DNA from: an uncultured Microbacteriaceae bacterium
GTDB taxonomy: Bacteria > Actinomycetota > Actinomycetes > Actinomycetales > Microbacteriaceae
Direction of reading: 5' to 3'
NCBI GenBank assembly: GCA_937872445.1
Contig: CALMSL010000193.1
Span: 1,605-65,604 of the forward strand
Length of the DNA: 64,000 nt
This document shows, in pieces, positions 1-11,931 of the stretch (positions are counted from its first letter, which is position 1; each line of letters opens with the position of its first letter). The notes beneath the pieces were generated by a model, which saw only the letters and a program-made list of their open reading frames with translations, did not search any database and was not told the origin of the DNA. The translations under genes were made by a program, and so were the position numbers.

Positions 1-55
1 CCTCACGGGCTCACCATAGCCGAAACACCACTCCACGGGTTCGCAAGCATTGGTG

Positions 56-103
56 CTTGATTGTTTCAAATCATGCCTGTATGCTTGATTCAACGAAATC
101 AAG
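56..103. promoter_or_regulatory. Two tandem operator-like dyads CTTGATT-N6-AATCAWG upstream of the SatD-like gene
   Basis: 56-75 reads CTTGATTgtttcaAATCATG (6/7 arms). 84-103 reads CTTGATTcaacgaAATCAAG (perfect 7-bp arms). Both are preceded by TGCTTGATT, are 28 bp apart, and end 20 nt before the ATG at 123. Confidence 0.45.
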
Positions 104-122
104 TGTGGAGACTGGAGAGGTC

Positions 123-746
123 ATGTTTGTTCTCACCGCCGACCAGGTGGACAGCCGGTCCAGCGCGGACCGCGTCGCCGCAATGATCGATGCCCTCAAT
201 TCAGGGCCCGTTCACCCCGTGCTCGCGGCCGACCGCACTGCGGGCGACGAGCTGCAGATTCTCGTGGCGGGCGGCGCCGATGCACTCGCTCTCATCCTCC
301 ACCTCACCCGCACGGGCCAGTGGAGCGTCGGATGCGGTGCAGGCGCCGTGAACTCCCCTCTGCCCGGCAACATCCGGGAGGCCACGGGCGATGCGTTCAT
401 TGCGGCGCGAAAGGCCGTCGATCGGGCAAAGAAACGCCCCACGCGGTTTGCGCTCGAGACCGAACCGGCAACCCCGCACGCGGCAGACGGCGAAGCCCTC
501 ATCGACCTGCTCCTGGCGCTTCGGGCCCGCAGAAGCCCCGAAGGGTGGGAACTCCACGACATCCTCGACGGCACCGACCTCACCCAGGCGGATGCCGCCC
601 AGCGTCTCGGCATCAGCCCGCAAGCCGTGAGCCTTCGCGCCCGCGCCGGCGAACTGCGGACCGAACAAGCCGCGCTGGAGCCGCTCGCGCGAATCCTCGA
701 CCAACTCGGTAGCGTTAAGCCCACGACACCGGGAGGCGGCTCATGA
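123..746 (+). CDS. SatD-like DNA-binding protein (cyclase-like N-domain + C-terminal HTH)
   Basis: Lies in ORF 57..746. The ATG at 123 follows GGAGAGG (113-119). The C-terminal LTQADAAQRLGISPQAVSLR is an HTH. The N-terminal FVLTADQVDSR...RTAGDELQILV resembles the metal-binding Asp and GD motifs of nucleotide cyclase/GGDEF folds. The stop overlaps the next start (ATGA). Confidence 0.7.
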   Translation: MFVLTADQVDSRSSADRVAAMIDALNSGPVHPVLAADRTAGDELQILVAGGADALALILHLTRTGQWSVGCGAGAVNSPLPGNIREATGDAFIAARKAVDRAKKRPTRFALETEPATPHAADGEALIDLLLALRARRSPEGWELHDILDGTDLTQADAAQRLGISPQAVSLRARAGELRTEQAALEPLARILDQLGSVKPTTPGGGS

Positions 747-1330
747 TCATCCTCGACATCCTTCTGTGGAGCGTATTTCTGCTTCTGCTTGCCGCCGGGC
801 TGTTCCTCTCGCTCATCGCGAGCCGGCGCCCGACCGCGAAAAAACCGGGTGCGTACTGGCTCGTGATTCCCGTCGTCGCCCTCATCGCCGTGGCGATCGT
901 GTACGCCGCGATGGGTGGCGTCCAGTCCGCGCCTGCTGCCGGATTCCACGTCGCGGCGACCGTTCTTCTGCTCCTCATCGGGGTCGTGGGCGGCAGCCCG
1001 CTCGTGCTCGTCGTGCTCGAACTCGCCGGGAGCGGTGCTGTTCCGCTCGGCGACCACGGCGGCATCCTCGTGAGCGAGACCGGGCCGAAGGCGAAGAACC
1101 GCGAGATTCTGCGCGGCGGCATGACGATCGGCTATCTGGAGCGCCTGGCCATCCTCGGCGCGGCACTCGTCGGGCAGTTCGCGGCCGTCGCGGTCGTGAT
1201 CGCCGTGAAAGGCCTCGGCCGGTTTTCCGAACTGGAGAACTCTGCAGCGCGGGAACGGTTCATCATCGGCACACTTGTGAGCATTGTGTGGGCCGCCGCG
1301 TGCGCCGTGCCTGCGGTGATCGGCTGGTAA
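743..1330 (+). CDS. Integral membrane protein, DUF3307-like partner of SatD-family regulators
   Basis: 195-aa ORF with 4-5 hydrophobic helices and a central REILRGGMTIGYLERL motif. It is translationally coupled to the upstream regulator gene. Confidence 0.65.
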   Translation: MIILDILLWSVFLLLLAAGLFLSLIASRRPTAKKPGAYWLVIPVVALIAVAIVYAAMGGVQSAPAAGFHVAATVLLLLIGVVGGSPLVLVVLELAGSGAVPLGDHGGILVSETGPKAKNREILRGGMTIGYLERLAILGAALVGQFAAVAVVIAVKGLGRFSELENSAARERFIIGTLVSIVWAAACAVPAVIGW

Positions 1331-1483
1331 TTCGTGTCCTCGGACTACTACTGCGGAGCCCCCGGCAAAGACATTCGAGATACGGTCAACTGGAACTATA
1401 TGGTTCACGGTCGCGCTCAATGGGAATGCCAATATGAGCGGCACTCGCGTCGCCAGTTGATTGCATCGCATTAAATTGATCTC

Positions 1484-1512
1484 TTGACAACGGTCGTCCG
1501 TCATGATATGAC
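1484..1512 (+). promoter_or_regulatory. Candidate sigma-70-type promoter of the low-GC island
   Basis: TTGACA (1484-1489), a 17-nt spacer, then TATGAC (1507-1512). It sits in an AT-rich stretch ~120 nt upstream of the ATG at 1635. Confidence 0.3.
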
Positions 1513-1634
1513 ATTGCTTACAGTATACAAGGTCGTCTATGGGGTCGAATTCTTCGCTCTCATCGTGGAGACTTACTCGACCCAGAAAGCAGTTACCCCG
1601 TGTCGATCGTAAGTTCACGAGATGGGGTAGAACG

Positions 1635-2303
1635 ATGGCTAGTAAGAGTTGGAAACGACTTCAATTGATCACGGTAGGGCTCGTTGCGGCGTTAGCGCTC
1701 ACCGTAGCCGTACCGACGACGGCAGCGGCCTCCGATGCGAGAAATCCCGTTCCTGGCACCGTAGAAGTTCAGCTCACGACGCAACAGACCAAAGACGTGG
1801 AAGCAATCGCTTTCGCGAGCGATTTCACACGGTCGACGTTTGACGCGACACGAGCAATGTCGCTTGGTGCAAGCCCGGATTCGGTCGCGGATGCTGCCGC
1901 TGTGCTCGCTGGAAACGGATGGACTATCGACGGCATGGCAACCACCAGGGCGAGTGAGGGCGCATCCGAAATCTCGGTGATGGCCGCTGGATGTGTTGGC
2001 CGAAGTGGCTACACGGGATATTGGTGGTGGATTGGCTACCAGTTCGCGCTTAACTCTTGCCAAACAGCCCAGCTCATCGCCGGGGTCACACTCGGAGCTG
2101 CAGGAGCAGGAGTGATTACCGCAATTCTCATTGTTGTGGGCGTGACTGTAATGGCAGCTCCAATAGCAGGTTTGGTCACATCATTGCTTGTCTTGGGAGC
2201 CGCTGCCCTTGCATTTTGCAGCGCGGCCAGTGCTCCGAAGTACGCGATTTATCTGAATCTATTGGGATATCCCCCGTTTGCAGCAAGCTGCTGGGGACAG
2301 TGA
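1635..2303 (+). CDS. Secreted hypothetical protein with 4 Cys and a Gly/Ala-rich, strongly hydrophobic C-terminal half
   Basis: In-frame ATG at 1635 inside ORF 1539..2303. Sec-type signal MASKSWKRLQLITVGLVAALALTVAVPTTAAAS. C-terminal ~95 aa read CVGRSGYTGYWWWIGYQFALNSC...GAAGAGVITAILIVVGV...LAFCSAAS...ASCWGQ. Local G+C is 42-52% in hand-counted lines. Confidence 0.6.
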   Translation: MASKSWKRLQLITVGLVAALALTVAVPTTAAASDARNPVPGTVEVQLTTQQTKDVEAIAFASDFTRSTFDATRAMSLGASPDSVADAAAVLAGNGWTIDGMATTRASEGASEISVMAAGCVGRSGYTGYWWWIGYQFALNSCQTAQLIAGVTLGAAGAGVITAILIVVGVTVMAAPIAGLVTSLLVLGAAALAFCSAASAPKYAIYLNLLGYPPFAASCWGQ

Positions 2304-2310
2304 CGACATC

Positions 2311-2538
2311 ATGTTGACGAATTCAAGGACTCCCGCACAAACTTGGTACTGGTGGTTAGTTCTTGTCGTGGCATTCGTATCAGCGAGCACAGCATCTGTG
2401 ATGGCCATTATGATCTTGTCGTCGCCCGGGAGCCTTGAAAGCCGTGCACTTTCCGTGGCGGTCAGTATCCCAGTTCTGATCATGCTCTTGTCACTTGTCT
2501 TCCTTTTCTTGACGAATAGAAGGAGAACAAAACCGTAA
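2311..2538 (+). CDS. Small two-TM membrane protein (75 aa), possible immunity-type partner
   Basis: The ATG at 2311 lies 7 nt after the upstream stop (2301-2303). Two hydrophobic helices (WYWWLVLVVAFVSASTASVMAIMIL and LSVAVSIPVLIMLLSLVFLFL) are followed by a basic tail NRRRTKP. Confidence 0.5.
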   Translation: MLTNSRTPAQTWYWWLVLVVAFVSASTASVMAIMILSSPGSLESRALSVAVSIPVLIMLLSLVFLFLTNRRRTKP

Positions 2539-2623
2539 TGGCATGACTATCAGATTCGTCGGCCGCTAACGTCGAACCTCGGCAAGCCGTTAGCCACAAC
2601 AGTCAATACGTGATTTAGACGCG

Positions 2624-3249
2624 CTAATGGATGGCTGTCGTGCTCAATCGCCGTTTGGGCGAATGCGCCTTATACGGCGAGACGGTGGGGTCTCCCGGGA
2701 TCCAGAACCGCCACGGAAACTCTTCCGTGCCGCCCTGGCCAGACACGCCCGTCCGCGGGCCCGTCGCCACCTCGGGTACTCCCCCGCCCAATTCCAGGCG
2801 GATGCGGCTCGACGCCAGGTCCGCGCCGCCGTCGGCGAGGGTGATCCCCGCCGCCACCGTGAGGCGTGCCGGGCCGCGAGCCAGATCCGCATCCGACCGT
2901 GACGTGTCGCGCCGAGACCTGGCCAGCTCGAGCCCCTCGACGATCTCTCCCGCGCGCAACAGGCACCCGGAAGCCTGCCCTTCCGGCCCGCACACCACAT
3001 TCGCGCACGTGTGCATGCCGTAGGTGAAATAGGTGTACAGGTGCCCGGGTTCGCCGAACATCACCGCATTGCGGTTCGTTTTGCCGCGGAACGCATGCGA
3101 TCCCGGATCTTCGGAACCGTGATATGCCTCCACCTCCGTGATCCGCAACGCCACCGTGCCGTCCGGCGAATCCACGGTGAGCACGGACCCGAGGATGAGC
3201 GATGCCACCTCGAAACTGGGCGGCAGAAGGAGAGAACGGTCGAGGGACA

Positions 3250-3250
<1 letters not shown>
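2624..3250 (-). CDS. mpg: DNA-3-methyladenine glycosylase (AAG/Mpg family)
   Basis: C-terminal 208 aa of ORF 2624..4129. Family motifs ITEVEAYHG, DPGSHAFRGKTNRN, MFGEPGHLYTYFTYGMH. The ATG at 3250-3248 overlaps the argH stop (ATGA). Confidence 0.9.
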
Positions 3251-5888
<2,638 letters not shown>

Positions 5889-5921
5889 GTGGGGTGTCTC
5901 CTTGTTTCGTGTTCAGTGTAT

Positions 5922-6845
5922 TCAGGCTTGGCGCAACAGCCAGACGAGCAGGGCTTTCTGGGCGTGCAAACGGTTCTCCGCCTCATCCCAGATGACGCTC
6001 TGCGGACCGTCGAGCACTTCAGCGGTCACCTCGAACCCGCGGTCCGCGGGCAGGCAGTGGAGGAAGAGCGCATCCGGTTTGGCCTGCGTGAGAAGTTCAG
6101 CATTGACCTGGTAGGCGTTCAGGCGCGTGAGGCGCTCCGCCTTCTCGCTTTCCCGACCCATCGACACCCAGGTGTCGGTCACGACGACGTCTGCGCCAAC
6201 AACGGATTCGGCGGGATCGGCGACCAGAGACACGGAGCCACCGGTCATCGCTGCGCGCCTCGTCGCATCCTCCACCACCGCATCTGCGGGTTCGTAGCCG
6301 GAGGGCGACGCGATGCGCACGTGCATTCCCGCCGTGGCGCCCGCGAGAAGGTAAGACTGCGCCATGTTGCACGCGCCATCGCCCAGAAACGTCACGGTGA
6401 GCCCGGCGAGAGCGCCACGGTGCTCGCGGATGGTGAGCAGGTCGGCGAGCAACTGGCACGGGTGGAATTCGTCGCTCAACGCATTGATGACCGGAACCGT
6501 CGTGCCCGCCGCCATTTCCTCCAGCCCGGACTGCGCGTAGGTGCGCCAGGCGATTGCCGCAACCTGGCGTTCGAGCACGCGCGCGGTGTCGGCGGCCGTT
6601 TCCTTTCCGCCGAGCTGGCTGTTGGCGGTGCTGATGATGAGGGGTACCCCGCCGAGGTCGGCGATCCCGACGGCGAAGGAGACCCGGGTGCGCGTCGACG
6701 ACTTGTCGAAAATCACCGCAACGGTCTGCGGGCCGGCAAGCGGTGTTACCGCAAAGCGGTCCTTTTTCAGCTCGAGCGCGAGGTCGAGGATCGCGGATTG
6801 CTCCGCCTGGCTCAGATCGTCGTCCCGCAGGAGGTGGCGCGTCAT
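5922..6845 (-). CDS. argF: Ornithine carbamoyltransferase
   Basis: C-terminal 307 aa of ORF 5922..8150. Motifs [18 protein letters not shown]. The ATG at 6845 overlaps the argD stop (ATGA). Confidence 0.96.
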   Translation of the reverse strand: MTRHLLRDDDLSQAEQSAILDLALELKKDRFAVTPLAGPQTVAVIFDKSSTRTRVSFAVGIADLGGVPLIISTANSQLGGKETAADTARVLERQVAAIAWRTYAQSGLEEMAAGTTVPVINALSDEFHPCQLLADLLTIREHRGALAGLTVTFLGDGACNMAQSYLLAGATAGMHVRIASPSGYEPADAVVEDATRRAAMTGGSVSLVADPAESVVGADVVVTDTWVSMGRESEKAERLTRLNAYQVNAELLTQAKPDALFLHCLPADRGFEVTAEVLDGPQSVIWDEAENRLHAQKALLVWLLRQA

Positions 6846-8029
6846 GATATTCCTTCCAGTGCTGCGGTGAACAGGGTGCGGAACTCGGCGAGTTCGGCGT
6901 CCGCCACGATGAGCGGCGGCGCCATGCGGATGCTGCGCTCGTTCGGGGCATTGATGATGAGCCCGTGCGCGAGCGCGGCACGGGCGAGGTCCTTCGCGAC
7001 GGGTTCGGTGAGCCCGATGCCGATGAGCAACCCTCTCCCCCGCACCTCGGCGATGAGCGGATGCTCCAGGCCGGTGATGAGCGCCCGCAGCTGCTCTCCG
7101 CGCCGTGCGGCATTCTCCACGAGCCCTGAACGCTCGATCTCCCCCAGGACCGCATTGGCGGTCGCCGTTGCGAGCGGGTTTCCGCCGAACGTGCTTCCGT
7201 GATGCCCGGAGGTGAACAGCTTCGACGCCACGCCGAATGTGACGAGCGCGCCGACCGGTATCCCCCCAGCGAGCCCCTTCGCGATCGCGACGGCGTCGGG
7301 GACGATACCGAACTGCTGGAACGCGAACCAGCTGCCGGTGCGGCCGATGCCGGTCTGGATCTCGTCCAGAATCAGCAGCACGCCGTGTTCCCTCGTCAGC
7401 TCCCTCGCCCGTGCCAGGAATCCGGCAGGCAGTTCGACCACTCCGGCCTCGCCCTTGATGGGCTCGAGGATGAGCGCGGCGACATCCGGTCCGATGGCCG
7501 CCTCCAACGCGGGAATTGTCGAGTCGATGTGCTCCACCCCGGGAAGGAGCGGGGCGAACGGCTCCTGCAGGGCTGGCTGCCCGGTGAGCGACAGGGCGCC
7601 CATCGTGCGTCCGTGGAACGAGCGGTTCAGCGCGAGAATCCGCGGCCGCGGCCCGCCGGCGGTATTCAGCCGGGCGAGCTTCACCGCGGCCTCCATCGCC
7701 TCGGCCCCCGAATTGCAGAAGAACACGCGGCCGTCTTCGCCTGCCCCGGTGATGCGCTGAAGCCGTTCGGCGAGCTCGATCTGGGGTGGCGTCGCGAAAT
7801 AGTTGGACACGTGGGCGAGCGTGGCGATCTGGCTGGTCACGGCGTCGACGATCGCCGGATGCGCGTGCCCAAGCGAGTTCACCGCGATCCCGGCGAGAAA
7901 ATCGAGGTAGCGGTTGCCGTCGGCATCCCAAACCTGGCAGCCTTGCCCGCGCACGAGCAGCGCCAGCGGGTCCGTGACGGTGCCCATCATGCTTGCGCGG
8001 TACCGGGCAAGCCAGCCGTCGTCGCTCAT
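6842..8029 (-). CDS. argD: Acetylornithine aminotransferase (class III PLP)
   Basis: 395 aa starting [10 protein letters not shown]. Motif [14 protein letters not shown]. The ATG at 8029 overlaps the argB stop. Confidence 0.95.
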   Translation of the reverse strand: MSDDGWLARYRASMMGTVTDPLALLVRGQGCQVWDADGNRYLDFLAGIAVNSLGHAHPAIVDAVTSQIATLAHVSNYFATPPQIELAERLQRITGAGEDGRVFFCNSGAEAMEAAVKLARLNTAGGPRPRILALNRSFHGRTMGALSLTGQPALQEPFAPLLPGVEHIDSTIPALEAAIGPDVAALILEPIKGEAGVVELPAGFLARARELTREHGVLLILDEIQTGIGRTGSWFAFQQFGIVPDAVAIAKGLAGGIPVGALVTFGVASKLFTSGHHGSTFGGNPLATATANAVLGEIERSGLVENAARRGEQLRALITGLEHPLIAEVRGRGLLIGIGLTEPVAKDLARAALAHGLIINAPNERSIRMAPPLIVADAELAEFRTLFTAALEGIS

Positions 8030-8868
8030 GGTGCAGTCCTTTCTGCGGCGGACACGATGGTGCCGGACGCACCGAACGGTTCGGAAACGAGCAGGTGCGG
8101 GATCCGACCGTCGATGATCGCCACACGGGAGACGCCGCCGAGGACGGCATCGCGCGCGGCAGTCACTTTCGGAATCATCCCCGAGTCGAGGTGCGGCAGG
8201 AGCGCTTCCACCTCCCCGGCGTCGATCGCCGAGATCAGTGACGGGTTGTCGGGCCAGTTGCGGTACAACCCGGACACGTCCGTCAGGAGCACGAGCCACC
8301 GCGCGCCGAGGGCGGCTGCGAGAGCCCCCGCTGCGGAATCCGCGTTCACATTGAGCAGGATGCCGGACGCCCCCTCCCGCGCGATCGCCGAGACGACGGG
8401 AATCCCGCCGTCGTCGAGCACCGCATCGACCGGGCTCACGGCGACGCTCGTCACCTCGCCCACCTGACCGAGGTCGACCGGTTCGCCGTTCACGACGGTG
8501 CCCGTCTTGCGCGCGGTGAACAGACCATGCTCGGCACCCGCGATCGACATCGCGACCCCTCCCGCGGCAGTCACGTGTGCGGCGAGTTCGGCGCCAATTC
8601 GCGCGAGAACATCCCGGACGACGTCGACGGCGGCGGCCGAGGTCACGCGAAGGCCACCGCGGAACTCACTCGGGATGCCCTGCGCGACAAGTTCGGAAGA
8701 GATTTGCGGTCCACCGCCGTGTGTGACCACCACGCGAATCCCAGCCCCATGCAGAGCGACAATGTCTTCGCAGAACGCCCTGGCGAGCGCGTCGCTGATC
8801 ATGGCGTTGCCGCCGAACTTCACCACGACCGTGTCGCCGCGAAGCTTCTGAAGCCAGTTGCCCGTCAT
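8026..8868 (-). CDS. argB: Acetylglutamate kinase
   Basis: 280 aa starting [23 protein letters not shown], an amino-acid kinase fold. Confidence 0.95.
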   Translation of the reverse strand: MTGNWLQKLRGDTVVVKFGGNAMISDALARAFCEDIVALHGAGIRVVVTHGGGPQISSELVAQGIPSEFRGGLRVTSAAAVDVVRDVLARIGAELAAHVTAAGGVAMSIAGAEHGLFTARKTGTVVNGEPVDLGQVGEVTSVAVSPVDAVLDDGGIPVVSAIAREGASGILLNVNADSAAGALAAALGARWLVLLTDVSGLYRNWPDNPSLISAIDAGEVEALLPHLDSGMIPKVTAARDAVLGGVSRVAIIDGRIPHLLVSEPFGASGTIVSAAERTAP

Positions 8869-8870
8869 CG

Positions 8871-10022
8871 TCAACTCGCGTACGCGCTGTTCTCGTGCAC
8901 GTACGCGTGCGTGAGGTCGTTGGTCAGGATCGTGGCAGACGATGAACCGGCGGCGAGGTCGATGTCGAGTGCCAGCTGCCGCGGCGTGAGGTCCACGTTT
9001 TCCCTCGGCGCATCCGGCTCGCCCGCATGGCACACGCGGATGCCGTTCATGCTCACGTCGACCCGGTACGGGTCGAACGGCGCGCTCGTGGTGCCGATCG
9101 CCGCCAGCACGCGCCCCCAGTTCGGATCGTTCCCGAAGACGGCCGCCTTGAACAGGTTGCTTCGAGCGATCGATCTTCCGACTTCCTCAGCATCCGATTC
9201 GCTCGCCGCCCCACGCACCGTGATGGTGATCTCGTGGCTCGCCCCCTCCGCGTCCGCCATCAGCTGACGCGCGAGATCGGCGCACACCTCGGTGAGGGTG
9301 GAAGTAAAGTCTTCCACGTCCGGGCGGATGTCCGACGCTCCGGAAGCCAGGAGCGTGACCTGGTCGTTCGTGGACGTGCAGCCGTCTGAGTCGAGGCGAT
9401 TGAATGTCGACGCCACGGCCCGCCGAAGTGCAGCGTCGAGCTCGTGCGAAGCGAGGTCGGCATCCGTCGTGAGGACGACGAGCATCGTCGCCAGCGCCGG
9501 GGCGAGCATTCCCGCGCCCTTCGCCATCCCGCCGATTTTCCAACCGCCCTTGTCGGCCACGGACAGTTTCGCCACGGTGTCGGTCGTCAGGATCGCGTTC
9601 GCCGCGTCGACTCCCCCATCGGCGCTGAGCGATGCGGCGGCCGCGGCGACCCCGGCGAGCAACGCGTCCCGGTCCAGCTGTTCGCCGATCAACCCGGTCG
9701 AGCACACGAGCACGTCACCGGAGGAGACATCGATCTCTGCCGCGACGGACTCCGCCGTCGCATGGGCCGTCTGGAACCCCTGCGCGCCGGTGAAGCAGTT
9801 CGCCCCGCCCGAGTTCAGGACGATCGCGCTCACCACGCCGTCGCGAATGACCTGTTCGGACCACAGGATCGGGTTCGCCTTCGCGCGGTTGCTCGTGAAC
9901 ACGGCGGCCGCGGACGAAAGCGGACCGCGATTCACGACGAGTGCGACATCCGGGCCGCCGGATTTCCTGAGCCCTGCTGCCACTCCCGCGGCCTCGAACC
10001 CGAGCGCCGCCGTGACGCTCAC
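8871..10022 (-). CDS. argJ: Bifunctional glutamate N-acetyltransferase / amino-acid acetyltransferase
   Basis: 383 aa with the autoproteolytic-site region [14 protein letters not shown]. Confidence 0.96.
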   Translation of the reverse strand: MSVTAALGFEAAGVAAGLRKSGGPDVALVVNRGPLSSAAAVFTSNRAKANPILWSEQVIRDGVVSAIVLNSGGANCFTGAQGFQTAHATAESVAAEIDVSSGDVLVCSTGLIGEQLDRDALLAGVAAAAASLSADGGVDAANAILTTDTVAKLSVADKGGWKIGGMAKGAGMLAPALATMLVVLTTDADLASHELDAALRRAVASTFNRLDSDGCTSTNDQVTLLASGASDIRPDVEDFTSTLTEVCADLARQLMADAEGASHEITITVRGAASESDAEEVGRSIARSNLFKAAVFGNDPNWGRVLAAIGTTSAPFDPYRVDVSMNGIRVCHAGEPDAPRENVDLTPRQLALDIDLAAGSSSATILTNDLTHAYVHENSAYAS

Positions 10023-11065
10023 GGTGCGACTCCGTTCACGGCGAGACCGGTGGATTCCGGCAACCCGAGCGCGATGTTCGCCGACTGGATCGCCGCGCCC
10101 GCCGTGCCCTTCACAAGGTTGTCGATGGCGGTGATCGTGACCACGCGACCCGCGGACTCATCGATCGCGAGGCCGATGAGCGCCATGTTGGAGCCCACCA
10201 CGTCCGCCGTCTTCGGAAAACTGCCCTCGGGAAGCAGCGCCACGAATTCCTCGCCAGCGTAAGCCTCCTCCCACGCCGCCCGGACCTCGGCCGCCCGTGC
10301 GCCGGGCGCGAGCCTCGCCGTGGAGGTGGCCAGGATTCCCCGCGCCATGGGGACGAGAACCGGCGTGAACGAAACGCTCGCATTGCGGCCGCCGGCCGCC
10401 GCGAGGTTTTGAATCACCTCCGGAGTGTGCCGGTGCACGCCGCCCACCGCGTACGCGCTGGCCGAACCGGCAATCTCGCTCGCGAGCAATTCCGGTTTCA
10501 ATGCCCGGCCGGCGCCGGAGGTCCCGACGGCGAGCACCGCGACCAGGTCATCCGCCATCACGACGCGCGCGCGGATGCCCGGTGCGAGCCCCAGGGTGAT
10601 CGCGGTCACATTGCATCCCGGCACAGCAACTCGCCTGGCGCCCTCCAGCGCGTCCCGTTGCTGTCCACCCGAACCGAGCACGAGTTCCGGCAGGCCGTAG
10701 GTCCACGGTTCGTGGAACGGGCCGCCGTAGAACGCGTCCCACGCCGTCGGGCTCGTCAACCGGTGATCGGCGCCGCAGTCGACGACGAGCGGAACCCGGG
10801 CAAGATCATCGCCGAGCGCACCGGAGTGCCCATGGGGCAGGGCGAGAAAGACGAGGTCGTGGTCGGCGAGCGACTCGGCGGTCGTCTCGGCCAGGACGAG
10901 GCCGCGGTAGGAGCGCACGTGGGGGTGCACCGCGGAGAGGGGCGCACCGGCGTTCTGGTTCGCGGCAACGGTGCGCACCTCGAATTCGGGGTGGTCGGCA
11001 AGCAGGCGGAGAAGTTCCCCACCGGCGTACCCACTCGCCCCGGCAACAGCTACGGCAATGGACAT
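10019..11065 (-). CDS. argC: N-acetyl-gamma-glutamyl-phosphate reductase
   Basis: 348 aa with [14 protein letters not shown] and the active-site motif PGCNVTA. First gene of the arg operon. Confidence 0.96.
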   Translation of the reverse strand: MSIAVAVAGASGYAGGELLRLLADHPEFEVRTVAANQNAGAPLSAVHPHVRSYRGLVLAETTAESLADHDLVFLALPHGHSGALGDDLARVPLVVDCGADHRLTSPTAWDAFYGGPFHEPWTYGLPELVLGSGGQQRDALEGARRVAVPGCNVTAITLGLAPGIRARVVMADDLVAVLAVGTSGAGRALKPELLASEIAGSASAYAVGGVHRHTPEVIQNLAAAGGRNASVSFTPVLVPMARGILATSTARLAPGARAAEVRAAWEEAYAGEEFVALLPEGSFPKTADVVGSNMALIGLAIDESAGRVVTITAIDNLVKGTAGAAIQSANIALGLPESTGLAVNGVAP

Positions 11066-11367
11066 TTCGGCAACCTCGTGGACGTGCGACGGACAGTGGC
11101 AGAGGCGGCGACGCGGCGGGGCAGCTGGGTGCGTTCAGCGCTGCGGCGTCGCCGAAAGTCGGCGCGCACGACGGCCGCGGAGGATCACGCGAGGAGCATC
11201 GCCGAGCAACTGCAGCTCAAGGCGGGAATCGCGTGAAGTGTCCACGCGGCAACGATATCTGGTTTCGGCGTCCACGGGAAATCGCGAGCCGGAACGTTAC
11301 GCGGCGTGGGTTAAGGTTTAATCCACGCTGCGCCCACGACTGGAGCGCCAAGAGGAAAGTAGGAATC

Positions 11368-11931
11368 ATGCCTTCACCATTCGACGATCTCCTCCAGCAG
11401 ATCCCCGTCGGCGACATCGCGAAGCAGGTCGGCATCGACCCGTCGGTCGCCGAATCCGCGATCGCCCAGATTCTTCCCACGCTCGTCGGAGGAATGGCGG
11501 CGAACGCGCAGGACTCCAAGGGCGCGGATTCCCTCACGAAGGCGCTTGCGTCCCACCAGAACAAGCTGGGCAGCCACAAGTCGGTGAAGGACATTGACAC
11601 GGATGACGGTGACAAGATCGTCAGCCACGTGTTCGGTTCGAAGAAGAACGACGTCGTGAAGGCCGTTTCGGACACCAAGGGGGTCACGCAGGACATCATC
11701 GCCAAGATTCTGCCGATCGTCGCGCCGATCGTCCTGGCCTGGATCGCCAACCAGTTCTTTGGCGGCAAGGGCACCTCGACCACGAAATCGTCCGGAAAGT
11801 CGCAGAGCAGCTCCGGGGGCATCGGCGACCTGCTCGGCGGCCTGCTCGGCGGAATGGCCGGCGGAAGCTCCAGCAGCGGCGGCGACCTTCTGGGCGGACT
11901 CCTCGGCGGTCTGCTCGGCGGGAAAAACTAG
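11368..11931 (+). CDS. DUF937 domain protein with Gly/Leu-rich C-terminal repeats
   Basis: The ATG at 11368 is preceded by GAGGAAAG. The protein starts MPSPFDDLLQQIPVGDIAKQVGIDP and has the C-terminal repeats GDLLGGLLGG. Confidence 0.8.
   Translation: MPSPFDDLLQQIPVGDIAKQVGIDPSVAESAIAQILPTLVGGMAANAQDSKGADSLTKALASHQNKLGSHKSVKDIDTDDGDKIVSHVFGSKKNDVVKAVSDTKGVTQDIIAKILPIVAPIVLAWIANQFFGGKGTSTTKSSGKSQSSSGGIGDLLGGLLGGMAGGSSSSGGDLLGGLLGGLLGGKN

Noticed and set aside
1457-1463. TTGATTG half-site resembling the SatD-gene dyads, upstream of the island promoter
   Set aside because: It is only a single 7-mer half-site without the inverted partner, so chance cannot be excluded.
1400-1474. 24-codon ORF (MVHGRAQWECQYERHSRRQLIASH) in the island's upstream region
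   Set aside because: It has no SD and no recognisable peptide class, and it overlaps the putative promoter region. It is too short to support.
212-1618. 468-aa minus-strand ORF spanning the SatD/DUF3307 genes
   Set aside because: It is antisense to two well-supported genes. Its Arg/Pro/Gly/His-rich, low-complexity translation is typical of stop-free alternative frames in 70% G+C DNA. No domain motif is recognisable.
11066-11367. 302-nt region upstream of argC searched for ARG boxes, leader peptide or attenuator
   Set aside because: It is mostly GC-rich with no AT-rich 18-bp dyads and no Arg-codon-rich mini-ORF. Only a short CGTGG...CCACG stem near the DUF937 promoter was seen.
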